64,000 nt of DNA from Macrostomum lignano. Lineage: Eukaryota. The position numbers were made by a program, and so were the translations under genes. Location: NCBI GenBank assembly GCA_002269645.1, contig NIVC01003405.1, forward strand, positions 1-64,000. Direction: 5' to 3'. Every line of letters begins with the position of its first letter. Position 1 is the stretch's first letter. Shown in pieces: positions 17,601-31,380 of the stretch. The notes below the pieces were generated by a model. That model saw nothing but the letters and a program-made list of their open reading frames with translations, ran no database searches and was not told the DNA's origin.

Positions 17601-20600
17601 AGCCCCAGCAGCAGCAGCACGGGGAACACGCCAACCAGGAAATACGCATTGGCGTACATGCTTGGCATGACTATCACCATGGCAACCACGGCTGGCAGGC
17701 ACAGCAGCATGTACTGCAGCCAGTGCAACAAGCAGGTGCTGGTCCAATAGCCAATTGAGGAGACGCCCATCGCCCTGAGCTGGCAGCGAAGCCCGCTAGA
17801 CTGATCCTCGATGGGATCTGACAGCATGCCTACCGGGGTCACGGCAATCATGAGCAGCAGCGCCAGCATTGGCGTGTTAAAGTACGCGGACACTGACAGC
17901 GGGTTGCGGATTGTGGCGCCGATAAACGAGAACGAAGAGTTGTCTGTGGGCGATTAATTTGAGCTGTGTTTAACATTCGCATGTACGTGATAATTAGAAA
18001 TGGGACAATGGAGAGATTCGAGCTCAGGACCACATCATTAAACAGGACAGAATGTAGATTCGAACTCAGGACCAAGACATTAATTAAATAGGACAGAATC
18101 TAGACTCGAACTCAGGACCTAATTATCAAACAGGACAGAATCTAGACTCGAACTCAGGACCTAATTACCAGACAGGACAGAATCTAGACTCGAACTCGGG
18201 ACCTAATTACCAAACAGGACAGAATCTAGACTCGAACTCGGGACCTAATTACCAAACAGGAAAGAACCTAGACTCGAACTCAGGACCTAATTATCAAACA
18301 GGAAAGAATCTAGATTCGAACTCAGGACCTAATAATCAAACAGGAAAGATTCTAGATTCGAACTCAGGACCTAATTATCAAACAGGACAGAATCTAGATT
18401 CGAACTCAGGACCTAACAATCAAACAGGAAAGAATCTAGATTCGAACTCAGGACCTAATTATCAAACAGGACAGAATCTAGATTCGAACTCAGGACCTAA
18501 TTATCAAACAGGACAGAATCTAGATTCGAACTCAGGACCTAATTATCAAACAGGACAGAATCTAGATTCGAACTCAGGACCTATCAAACAGGACAGAATC
18601 TAGATTCGAACTCAGGACCTAATTATCAAACAGGACAGAATCTAGACTCGAACTCAGGACCTATCAAACAGGACAGAATCTAGACGCGAACTCAGGACCT
18701 AATTATCAAACAGGACAGAATCTAGACTCGAACTCAGGACCAATTGAATGTATACAATTAAAAAACGGACTAAACCACTGCAATAAGTAACAATTTGCCA
18801 AGGCGCACCTGCAGAGAGCTGACTCTCCCTCTCGGGAATCTTACAGAGCCTCACATTGAAGTACTTTGCCAAACTGGAGTAGCCTTTGATCAGCCGGCCA
18901 GCGGTAATTTTGCTATAAGATTTGCTCTCGTCAATGAAATACCCGAAGTAGACGCTGCGCCCGGCGTTGCCTTCGGCTCCGTCCGCCAGCGACCAGTTGC
19001 TGGCGTAGGCCAGGGGGCATTGCCAAGCGTAACTGCAGGACTCGCGGAATTTGTCCTGCGTCTGTTGGGCGGTGAGATCGGAGCGAATTTGCTTGGCATG
19101 AGTATGGCTCACTGCTGTGGCGGAGGGGAACAGGGGAGGAGGGCATTGGCGGGGACGGCTCTGAGTGAGGGGGGATGGAGGGCATGGGCGGGGACGGCTC
19201 TGAGTGAGGGGGAATGGAGGGCATTGGCGGGGACGGCTCTGAGTGAGGGGAAATGGAGGGCATTGGCGGGGACGGCTCTGAGTGAGGGGGAAATAAAGGG
19301 CATGGGCGGGGACGGCTCTGAGTGAGGGGGAATGGAGGGCATTGGAGGGGACGGCTCTGAGTGAGGGGGAATGGAGTGCATTGGCGGGGACGGCTCTGAG
19401 TGAGGGGGGATTGAGGGCATTGGCGGGGACGGCTCTGAGTGAGGGGGGATTGAGGGCATGGGCGGGGACGGCTCTGAGTGAGGGGATTGAGGGCATTGGC
19501 GGGGACGGCTCTGAGTGAGGGGGGATTGAGGGCATGGGCGGGGACGGCTCTGAGTGAGGGGGAAATAAAGGGCATGGGCGGAGACGGCTCTGAGTGAGGG
19601 GGATTGAGGGCATTGGCGGGGACGGCTCTGAGTGAGGGGGGATTGAGGGCATGGGCGGGGACGGCTCTGAGTGAGGGGGGATTGAGGGCATGGGCGGGGA
19701 CGGCTTTCAGTGAGGGGGAAATGGAGGGCATTGGCGGGGACGGCTCTGAGTGAGGGGGAATGGAGGGCTTTGGCGGGGACGGCTCTGAGTGAGGGGGAAT
19801 GGAGGGCATTGGCGGGGACGGCTCTGAGTGAGGGGAAATGGAGGGCATTGGCGGGGACGGCTCTGAGTGAGGGGGAAATAAAGGGCATGGGCGGGGACGG
19901 CTCTGAGTGAGGGGAAATGGAGGGCATTGGCGGGGACGGCTCTGAGTGAGGGGGGATTGAGGGTATGGGCGGGGACGGCTCTGAGTGAGGGGGGATTGAG
20001 GGCATTGGAGGGGACGGCTCTGAGTGAGGGGGGATTGAGGGTATGGGCGGGGACGGCTCTGAGTGAGGGGGATTGAGGGCATTGGCGGGGACGGCTCTGA
20101 GTGAGGGGGGATTGAGGGCATGGGCGGAGACGGCTCTGAGTGAGGGGGATTGAGGGCATTGGCGGGGACGGCTCTGAGTGAGGGGGGATTGAGGGCATGG
20201 GCGGGGACGGCTCTGAGTGAGGGGGGATTGAGGGCATGGGCGGGGACGGCTTTCAGTGAGGGGGAAATGGAGGGCATTGGCGGGGACGGCTCTGAGTGAG
20301 GGGAAATGGAGGGCATGGGCGGCGACAGATCTGAGTGAGGGGGTGGGGAATGGAGGACATTGGTAGGGACGGCTCTGAGTGAGGGGGTGGTTAATGGAGG
20401 ACATTGGTGGGGACGGCTGTGAGTGAGGGGGAATGGAGGGCATGGGCGGGGACGGCTCTGAGTGAGGGGGTGGAGAATGGAGAGAATGGTAAATAACAGA
20501 ACTCACATGCTGTAGGCTGAGAAAGGCCGGCAGTGACATATCGGCCGGTTTGCTCAGCACCAAGATCTTCTTTGCGTAGTTGATTCCGCCGCCAGTCAAC

Positions 20601-23600
20601 AGGGTGTCGCAGTCGTCAACCGACGGCGGCTCAGAGCCGACATCCGTGAGGCAGATGCCGGAAATTTCGGAGAATCCTCTCAGCCATTCGAAGCGCACAG
20701 GGTGCTCGGAATTGACGCCATGGGGCGGAGAGTCATGCGAGATGCGGCTGAACACCAGCAAAATTATGAAGGCGGCAAACAGCAGCAGGGGCAGCACAAG
20801 GCGGCAGCAGATCCGACCGCAGCTCCGGTACAGTCGACGAACACTCAGGACGAGCAGGGCGGCGAACTGGCTGAGCACGCTTGGCCTGGCGACCTTGGCG
20901 GCGGCGGCTATCGTGGCGTCGGCGAGAGCCTTCGGAGCGACTGCTGAGTCGGCAGCATCGGCGGCTTCGCCCTGCTGCTCGAAGACGCTCTCGAGACCCG
21001 TTAGCGACAGACCGAAGCTTTTGACATTGGACTTGCCTCCGGGTTGCTTCTTTTGCTGCTCCAGCCATTGGGTGACCTGGAGGGAGTTCCGATTGGCAAC
21101 AGTGGTTTGAGCTGCTGAGATTACTCATGGCCCTGTCTAGCTCTCAACCTCAGCTCTCTTATGGCCCTGCCTAGCTCTCAGCCCCAGCTCTCAGCCCAGC
21201 TCTCTCATGGCCCCAGCTCTCAGCCCAGCTCTCTCATGGCCCCAGCTCTCAGCCCCAGCTCCTCATGGCCCCAGCTCTCAGCCCCAGCTCCTCATGGCCC
21301 CAGCTCTCAGCCCCAGCTCTCAGCCCAGCTCTCTCATGGCCCCAGCTCTCAGCCCCAGCTCCTCATGGCCCCAGCTCTCAGCTCCAGCTCCTCATGGCCC
21401 CAGCTCTTAGCCCGAGCTCTCAGCCCCAGCTCTCAGCCCAGCTCCTCATGGCCGCAGCTCTTGTAATTGCCTCGCAATATTATTATCAATTTGTTCTAGA
21501 TAGGCGAGTGAGTTATATTATAAATGTACATCTTGTGTCGCATGAGTCATGTACGCCGTATTATTGATTTGTACGCGTAAAACCTCAAATATATATATAT
21601 CGCTAACCTGGCCAGTTTGGGCCCCGTGATTTATTTTCTCGCTCAGCTTAACACGCGGCCTTCAGACTTTACAGCTCTCAGCCCGAGCTCTCAGCCCGAG
21701 CTTTCAGCCCCAGCTCTCAGCCCAGCTCTCTCATGGCCCCAGCTCCTCATGGCCCCAGCTCCTCATGGCCCCAGCTCTCAGCCCAGCTCCTCATGGCCCC
21801 AGCTCTCAGCCCGAGCTCTCAGCCCAGCTCCTCATGGCCCCAGCTCTCAGCCCGAGCTCTCAGCCCAGCTCCTCATGGCCCCAGCTCTCAGCCCGAGCTC
21901 TCAGCCCAGCTCCTCATGGCCCCAGCTCTCAGCCCCAGCTCCTCATGGCCCCAGCTCTCAGTCCGAGCTCTCAGCCCGAGCTCTCAGCCCCACCTCTCAG
22001 CCCAGCTCTCTCATGGCCCCAGCTCCTCATGGCCCCAGCTCTCAGCTCCAGCTCCTCATGGCCCCAGCTCTCAGCCCCAGCTCCTCATGGCCCCAGCTCT
22101 CAGCCCCAGCTCCTCATGGCCCCAGCTCTCAGCCCCAGCTCCTCATGGCCCCAGCTCTCAGCCCCAGCTTCTCATCGCCCCAGCTCCTCATGGCCCCAGC
22201 TCTCTCATGGCCCCAGCTCCTCATGGCCCCAGCTCTCAGCCCCAGCTCCTCATGGCCCCAGCTCTCAGCCCCAGCTCCTCATGGCCCCAGCTCTCAGCCC
22301 CAGCTCCTCATGGCCCCAGCTCTCAGCCCCAGCTTCTCATCGCCCAGCTCCTCATGGCCCCAGCTCTCTCATGGCCCCAGCTCCTCATGGCCCCAGCTCT
22401 CAGCTCCAGCTCCTCATGGCCCCAGCTCTCAGCCCCAGCTCCTCATGGCCCCAGCTCTCAGCCCCAGCTCCTCATGGCCCCAGCTCTTAGCCCTAGCTCC
22501 TCATGGCCCCAGCTCTCAGCCCCAGCTTCTCATCGCCCCAGCTCCTCATGGCCCCAGCTCTCTCATGGCCCCAGCTCCTCATGGCCCCAGCTCTCTCATG
22601 GTCCTTCTCAGTCATAGCCCCAGCTCACGCATAGCCTCCTACCGGTCATAGCCCCAGCTCACGCATAGCCTCCTACCGGTCATAGCCCAAGATCACACAT
22701 TGCCTCCTACCTACTACCGGTCATAGCCCCAGATCACACATAGCCTCCTACCGGTCATAGCCCCAGATCACACATAGCCTCCTACCGGTCATAGCCCCAG
22801 ATCACACATAGCCTCCTACCGGTCATAGCCCCAGATCACACATAGCCTCCTACCGGTCATAGCCCCAGATCACACATAGCCTCCTACCGGCCATAGCCCC
22901 AGATCACACATAGCCTCCTACCGGTCATAGCCCCAGATCACACATTGCCTCCTACCTACTACCGGTCATAGCCTGAGCTCACGCATAGCCTCCTACCGGT
23001 CAAAGTCCTATCTGAGCTGTGAAGACTTGAGAATCTGCGCAGCTTTATTAGCAATACCTTTGAAATTCAAGTTTTAATACAATAGATCAGCAAGCGAAAC
23101 GCTCACCTTCACCAGCTCATTCTCGGGTGTTCTGATCTCAATTTCGTGATCAGATATGACAACAGCTTTGATGTCAGTTTTGAAAGCTTTTTTTAATTCT
23201 TTCACCAAGTCAGTTGGCTGCTCAGCGGCGACGTGAATCACGCATCCGCTTTTGTATTTCTGCTTCATAAACAGGGACGAACCAATGCACTTCAATTCGC
23301 CATCCCTCAGCAGCAGCTTCCTGTCAGCCAGCAGGTCGGCCTCGTCCATAAACTGCGTGCTCAACAGGAGACACCGGCCGGCCCGATTCTCGGACAGGGC
23401 CGACCAAAGCGACCGGCGGGACAGCGGGTCCAGGCCGCTAGAGGGCTCGTCAAGCAGCACCAGCTCCGGGTCGCCAGCGAGAGCCAGGGTGGCGCACAGC
23501 TTCCGCTGCTGGCCGCCGCTCAGAGCCGTGGCTGGCCGGTTGAGCACTCGATCGCCTGACAGGCCGAGACGTTCGAGCAGCTTTTTAGAGGCGGCCCGCT

Positions 23601-24127
23601 GCTCCGGGGTGTCCCGGCCGCGGCTGACTAGGATGGCCAGGACTGACTCCCACACTGTTAGACTCTCGCACAGGACATTCTCCTGTGGGATTAGTAATAT
23701 ATATTTTAAGTAGAGCAGTGATATTGGGCAAATCAGGCACTACTGTAGATAGTCAGCTGCCAATTACTACTACTAATAGTACTACTGCTACTGCTACTAC
23801 AACTACTACTACTACTGCTACTGCTACTAGAACTACTACTACTACTACGGCTACTGCTACTAGAACTACTACTACTACTGCTACTGCTACTACAACAACT
23901 ACTACTACTAAAACAACAACAACAGCAACTACTACTACTAATAATAATACAACAACAACAACTACTACTACTACTACTACTATACTTCTACTACTACTAC
24001 TACTAGTATTATTACTACAACTACTACTACTACTAAAACAACAACAACAACAACGACAACTACTACTACTACTACTATTACTACTACAACTACTACTACT
24101 ACTAAAACAACAACAACAACAACAACA

Positions 24128-24165
<38 letters not shown>

Positions 24166-27100
24166 AACTAAAAACAAACAACAACTACTACTGCAGCTAC
24201 CTGATAGCACACGCCGATGCGGCCGGCAGCGCGAAGTCGCTGGATGGGGTCGGTCACGCAGATCCCGGAGACGGAGGCCGAGCCGCTGGTCGGCAGCTCG
24301 TCGCCAGCCAGCAGGCGAATCAGCGTTGACTTGCCCGAACCGTTGGGCCCGATTATAGCAGTGATCTGGCCAGAGTAGATGTCGGCTGCGGGCAGGGGAT
24401 CATTGCTACGGCTTATGGCTTTCTGTGTGTCCTTAAGGGTTTATTGCTTTGCAGATAAGAGAAAAGAGCTGAGAGGGAAATTGAGGGAAAAGAGATAATA
24501 ATATATGAGAGATGTGGCTGACAGATGTGGGTGAGAGATGTGTGGGAGAGATGCGGGGGGGGGGAGATGTGGGCGAGATGTGTGGGAGGAGATGTGGGGT
24601 TGATGTGTGGGGGATGTGATTGAGAAATGTGGGGGGGGAGATGTGGGTGAGAGATGTGTGGGAGAGATGTGGGTGAGAGATGTGGGGAGATGTGTGGGGG
24701 ATGTGATTGAGAAATGTGGGGGGAGATGTGGGTGAGAGATGAGAGATGTGTGGGAGAGATGCGGGGGAGATGTGGGTGAGAGATGTGTATGGGGGATGTG
24801 ATTGAGAAATGTGGAGGCACTGGGGGGAGATGTGGGTGAGAGATGTGTGTCGGGGATGTGATTGAGAAATGTGGGGGCACTGGGGGGAGATGTGGGTGAG
24901 AGATGTGTGTGGGGGATGTGATTGAGAAATTTGGGGGGAGATGTGGGTGAGAGATGTGTGTGGGGGATGTGATTGAGAAATGTGGGGGCACTGGGGGAGA
25001 TGTGGGTGAGAGATGTGTGTGGGGGATGTGATTGAGAAATTTGGGGGGAGATGTGGGTGAGAGATGTGTGTGGGGGATGTGATTGAGAAATGTGGGGGCA
25101 CTGGGGGGGAGATGTGGGTGAGAGATGAGAGATGTGTGGGAGAGATGCGGGGGAGATGTGGGTGAGAGATGAGAGATGTGTGGGAGAGATGCGGGGGAGA
25201 TGTGGGTGAGAGATGTGTGTGGGGGATGTGATTGAGAAATGTTGGGGCACTGGGGGGGAGATGTGGGTGAGAGATGGGAGATGTGTGGGAGAGATGCGGG
25301 GGAGATGTGGGTGAGAGATGTGTATGGGGGATGTGATTGAGAAATGTGGGGGCACTGGGGGGAGATGTGGGTGAGAGATGAGAGATGTGTGGGAGAGATG
25401 CGGGGGAGATGTGGGTGGGAGATGTGTGTCGGGGATGTGATTGAGAAATGTGGGGGCACTGGGGGGAGATGTGGGTGAGAGATGTGTGTGGGGGATGTGA
25501 TTGAGAAATTTGGGGGGAGATGTGGGTGAGAGATGTGTGTGGGGATGTGATTGAGAAATTTGGGGGGAGATGTGGGTGAGAGATGTGGGGAGAGATGTGT
25601 GGGAGAGATGTGGAGGGGAGATGTGGGTAGGATGTGTGGGAGGGATGTGTGGGAGAGATGTGGGTGAGAAATTTGGTGAGAGACGTGCATGGGAGACGTA
25701 GGTGAAAGACGTGGCCCGATAAAAACGGTACCCAGGCCAAGAAGCGTCCCAGAGTCACTACTTTCGCCGCCCCAAGTCTTCAAAGTCGTTGCAGGCAACA
25801 CAGGTAAAATAGGAAGGAAGTGACTCTAGACGAGATGTCCCGGTACAAGTAGCCAAAAAGTCGTTAAAGAGTCGCCCAAGAATCACTTAAAACTCTAACT
25901 AGCCTACTGAATTAGTAGAACGTTAAGCGCCAGTGCAAAGATTCTTAAACGACTCTTACAATCGTTGCATTGGACGCGTTTGAGTAGTTGAAAAAGGCAC
26001 AAGAATCGTTCCAGAGTCGATAGAGCCACTGAAGATATTATGACATGGATAACTAAAGATATGGAAAAGGCATGGGAGAAATAGAGGTGAGGAGTGCAGC
26101 GAGTGCTTCTGAGTGAGAAAAGACTCAAGCCTCAAGCCGAAATGAAGACTAACCGGAGAAACGATTCAGAGCCTTCCTGGTTTTGGTGTGACTGCAGGCT
26201 CGAACGCAGCAGCAGGCGCCACCGCCGTCGCCTCCGTCCTCTCCATCAGCGCCTGAGTTGTAGGTTTTGCCCAGATTCCTGGCCTGAACCATGGGCTCCC
26301 TTAAGCCTGCCGCAGGCGTCTCCATTATGTCATTATTCTGCAGCAGAGCATTTGCCTCAGCATTGTCGAGCTCAATCGAAGCCCGAGTCGCTGAGCAGCA
26401 GCTGAATAGGCGGTGCAGCGGGTAGCAACAGACGCATGGACTTTTGCAGCGGGTACGCGGCCCAGCGTGCTGCACTGTGTCAGAGTACAGAGCGGCCAGG
26501 GCCAGGATGAGGCTGGACAGGAAGCCCAGCATCAGGTAGCGGATGTTCTCTGCGCGTAGCGGGTCTGGCTGACCGCCGCCTGCCACGGGCAGCGCCGCTT
26601 CTAGGAGCAGACTGTCCAGCTGGGTGCCAGGCAGCAGGAAGGACAACAGCAAGCGCAAAAACAACTTGACTGAGTCGGGGGTGAGGGTCACGATGGATGA
26701 GCAGACCAGGGTCACCAGGTGCAACAGCAGGACAGCCAGTACCACCTGAGGGGGTTTAGTTCAGTTCATTGAATTAGCTCCGTGATCTCCGTGATCACCT
26801 TCCCGATCCTTCATTCCAACCCCATCCTTCATCCCCAACCCCATCCTTCATCTCCTCCCCGATCCTTCATCCTCTCCCCATCCTTCAACCCCTCCCCCAT
26901 CCTTCATCCCCTCCCCAATCCTTCACCCCCTCCCCAATCCTTCACCCCCTCCCCCTTCCTTCATCCCCTACCCGATCCTACATCCCCTACCCCATCCTTC
27001 ATCCCCTCCCAATTCTTCATCCCCTCCCCCATCCTTCATCCCCTCCCCAATCCTTCACCCCCTCCCCAATCCTTCACCCCCTCCCCAATCCTTCACCCCT

Positions 27101-30100
27101 CCCCCTTCCTTCATCCCCTCCCCATCCTTCATCCCTACCCGATCCTACATCCCCTACCCATCCTTCATCCCCTCCCCCATCCTTCATCCACTACCCGATC
27201 CTACATCCCCTACCCATCCTTCATCCCCTCCCAATTCTTCATCCCCTCCCCCATCCTTCATCCCCTCCCCAATCCTTCACCCCCTCCCCAATCCTTCACC
27301 CCCTCCCCAATCCTTCACCCCTCCCCTTCCTTCATCCCCTCCCCCATCCTTCATCCCCTACCCGATCCTACATCCCCTACCCCATCCTTCATCCCCTCCC
27401 CCATCCTTCATCCCCTACCCGATCCTACATCCCCTACCCCATCCTTCATCCCCTCCCCAATTCTTTACCCCCTACCCCATCCTTCACCCCTCCCCCATCC
27501 TTCATCCCCTCCCCTTCCTTCATCCCCTCCCCAATTCTTCATCCCCTCCCCGATCCTTCATCCCCTCCCCATCCTTCATCCCCTCCCCATCCTTCATCCC
27601 CTCCCCCATCCTTCATCCCCTCCCCCATCCTTCATCCCCTTCCCATCCTTCATCCATTCCCCATCCTTCATCCCCTCACCCATCCTTCATCCCCTCACCC
27701 ATCCTTCATCCCCTCCCCCATCCTTCATCCCCTCCCCCATCCTTCATCCCCTCCCCCATCCTTCATCTCCTCCCTGATCCTTCATCCTCTCCCCCATCCT
27801 TCAACCCCTCCCCGATCCTTCATCCCCTCCCCCATCCTTCATCTCCTCCCCGATCCTTCAACCCCTCCCAATCCTTCAGTGGGTCTCCACGCTCCCCCAA
27901 AAAAGTTGAAGCGGCCGAAACTCACAAAGCCGAACTTGAGGCAGGACACGGTCAGCAGGCCGACGGCCATATAGTGCACAGACGAACAAAAAACGGCCAG
28001 AAAAGCCAGTGCAAACCGGTCAGACTCCAGCACCCCGCCAGAGCACTGGCACTGGTAGGACACAGCTACGGCCAAGCCAATGATGCAGCACTCGGCCAGG
28101 CCCCACAGCCAGGCTGCCAGCCAGGTCAAGACAGGCTGTAGGCCACTAAAGTACATCAGGCGGAGGAAGCCGGCCCGGCGAAGGTTGCTCAGCGGAAATA
28201 GGTCGGCCTGCGAAACGAGGGCGGCGCGGCTCTTAAAGGACTACTTTAAGTAGTTAAGATAATCCGAGGTTTCTAACTGCCAAACATTTATGCATCTAAA
28301 CAATAACCCTAACTGCTGATATATAGAATATATATACCTGAGCCGACTGCAAAAAGTAGCTGCTAGTAGATTAAGTGCGCAAACAAGCGCACAAGAGACA
28401 AGCGCGAAAGAAACAAACGCAAGAAACAACAAGAAACAAGAGCAAAAGAAACAAACGCGCAAGAGACAAGCGCGCAAGAGACAAGCGCGCAAGAGACAAG
28501 CGCGCAAGAATCAAGCGCACGAGTCAAGCGCGCAAAGAACAAGTGCGCGATATACACACCTTTTCTCATTTCAGAAATTCCGAAATTCAGAAAAGGCTGC
28601 AGCCATCTACGAGCCAGAACCAAGCTGAGGCATTTTTTTAGATTACTTTTACTCAAATCTCATTAAGCCTAGGGTCGCTTATTTCCACACCTCTACCCAG
28701 TTCAATCAAGGCCACCGCATTCGGTACTGCAGCTTTTTCGCTTGGGCTTACCTGCAGAAGCATAGAAACCATGGCGGTCAACAGGAGCACAGAGTGAAGC
28801 CGAGATATGGCGCTGAAAATGCCGACAGACTCGGCCCTGGTGCAGGGCGTGTCGGGGGGCGGCTTCAGCTCAGGCAGCATCTCTGCTGGGAAGCTGGGCG
28901 GTGACTCTGGGAAAAATGATGGCGAAGGATTTTCTGTAACTAATTCATATACTTGTGGGTCAGAGCCTCGGCAGTGTAAAGGGTGGGAGCTCAGCGGCCT
29001 TGACCTAGTGACCTTCTAATCGTCAAAAATGCACTCTCTGTGCCTTGGGGCCTAACCCTCTTAACGCACACCTGCGCGTGCTACCGGGCCAACTTTGACT
29101 TCACTTGTTGCACTGCCCGAGCAGCCAAACGAATCAAACCAGTACCTGGCTGTAGCAGGTTAACTACAGCGGGCTTCGACACCTTCCAGGTGTCATCTGT
29201 CTATCAACAGTCGAACCGAAGCACGCACAGGTGTACAGCTGCATAGCACAATTTCTCAGTGTGTTAGCAGTGTACACAGTGCGGTCAGCACTCAATCCCA
29301 GCCTTTCGCACAGCTCACCAACTGTAACTCCGTCAGTAGCGCCGGGACCGAAATCTCTGCCACTGGAGTAGCTTCTGTCTTTCGGCGAATTGACAACAAA
29401 GCGCAGGAAGCCGACCTCTTTGAAAGCCGCACCGCCTGCGGCCAAGCCTTCAAGGCCGTCGCCAGTGCCGTTGATGCCGACAGTCGGCGCATCAGCAGCT
29501 GCATAAAATAGGCGCAGGTCAGGGCGTCAATGGGGCCGCCGGAGCACTCAACTTGCACAGGCGAGCCAGCGGCATCGAGTCGGGCTGTCTGCACGTAGGT
29601 TTCCAGTAGAGCGGAGTAGAGACCCGTCAGGAAGCTGTGCTGACAGCCAGGCCAGCCCGAACAGCTGGGCATTATGTTCAGGGGGGGGGGGTTCGTGAAT
29701 GCACTAGTAAAACAGCTTTCTACTATCAGTTCAGTAGCAAAGAAGAATACATAAGCTATTTTATAAGAACAAAGGCAGCTGAAACGACTTCGATAAGTTT
29801 AGAAGCCCAAGCTTGCAGGCGTAAACAACTTGCTAATTGGTTCAGCAATTCAATAATGTACATTAGCCAGTCCACTAAAATGTACATGACAGCTCTAGGC
29901 TGGAATTCCGAGGAAGACAATAAAAATTGGGCGGGGCGAGGGGTTAGTGTGTAACGGCGCGGTTGGAGGGTTTAAGCTGGCTGTGGGGGGGGGGTAAGAG
30001 CCAATAAATGAGCCTTGGCTTTTAAAATACATTGAAATGAATCAGTTAAACTTACTACTGAACTGAAAGTAGGTTGCACGCAAATGTGCTGAGTGGCCCA

Positions 30101-31329
30101 TCTAGTCTAGTGACTCTATTAATAGTATCTGTGTCATTGCTACAACAGGGTTTATAGCTCAGTGGTCAGAGCGCCGGACTCACAACTGAAAGGTCGGGGG
30201 TTCGACTCTTGACCCACTCGGAGAACAATTTGTGTCCTTGAGCAAGACACTTACACGGACACAATTCGCCAAAATGTCGTTAAGGAGACCATTTGAGACG
30301 TTTTTTGCCTGCAACTCTGAACTGACTCGTCTAAAGCGCGTCTAAAGCGTCACTTTATGAATTGGAATAGCATTTCGCATTCATAACTCTATTTAGTCTG
30401 CATGAGTTAGTGCAGAGAGTTAAGAGTTAACACGACTCTTGTGTGACATTGCAGTCATTTGAGTCATTCAAAAGTTATGAGAGTTGCAACAGAGTCAGTA
30501 TTGAGTTGTTTGCAATGAATCTTAAAGCGATTCTTGTAATTGCTAACGGTAAAGTTTTCAATGGAATTCACGGAGTTAAGGCTGTAGTAGCGTATCCATA
30601 GTCACCTAGTTGTCACCCGTTGAAGGTCCAGAAGCTTTGACTGGATGAAGACCGTGAATTCTATTTGAATTTCGTGTGCGAAAGATATGGTCAAAAACAT
30701 GCATGCAGTCATAGTGTAATTAGAGTTTGGCCAAAATAGAGCTAGCTGGTGAACTCGTACAGTTTAAAAGTTCCATAGCGACAACACAAGAGTAAAGAGT
30801 TACACTGTCGCAAGCTGAAGGCAGGAAAACATTTACGATTACTGCGTTTAACTTTCGCGTGCAAGGAAATTTGAATTTCTGCGCGCCAATTTCGGCACCA
30901 CAGGATGCACAATCGGATCGGCTGGCTAACAAATTTTCCGCTCTGGCCGAGTGCCGAAGCATTTCTTGGAAATCAGCTGCACCCAACCCTCGCCCTAGTC
31001 CTGCCCTAGCCCTAATTAAGGGCAGTTGAATTAAATACAGATGCAGCTAAATATAGCAGAACACAGGCCAAAACATGCCAAACGGGACAGTGAGAGACGA
31101 GGAAATGGTAATCAGTATTTAGCTCTAAATTAGGAAAGCATATTTTAGATAGAGACGTGCTAGCAACTCTAAAGATAGGTTGACGGACAGACACAGACAG
31201 ACAGACAGACAGACAACACTAAGACAGACAGACAGACAGACAACACTAAGACAGACAGACAGACAGACAACACTAAGACAGACAGACAGACAGACAACAC
31301 TAAGACAGACAGACAGACAGACAACACTA

Positions 31330-31380
<51 letters not shown>

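Noticed and set aside
18699-27777. Long Pro/Ser/His-rich ORFs (e.g. 19109-20878, 21617-22651, 24413-25801, 26782-27777)
   Set aside because: They are stop-free readings of intronic minisatellites; only their exon-overlapping parts are coding.
30148-30220. Functional tRNA gene (CAC anticodon)
   Set aside because: The acceptor and anticodon stems do not pair, and it runs into a SINE core with no poly-T terminator.
30720-30986. Possible additional ABCA exon
   Set aside because: No recognisable motif or convincing splice sites; the 31541 to 29498 connection is left unresolved.
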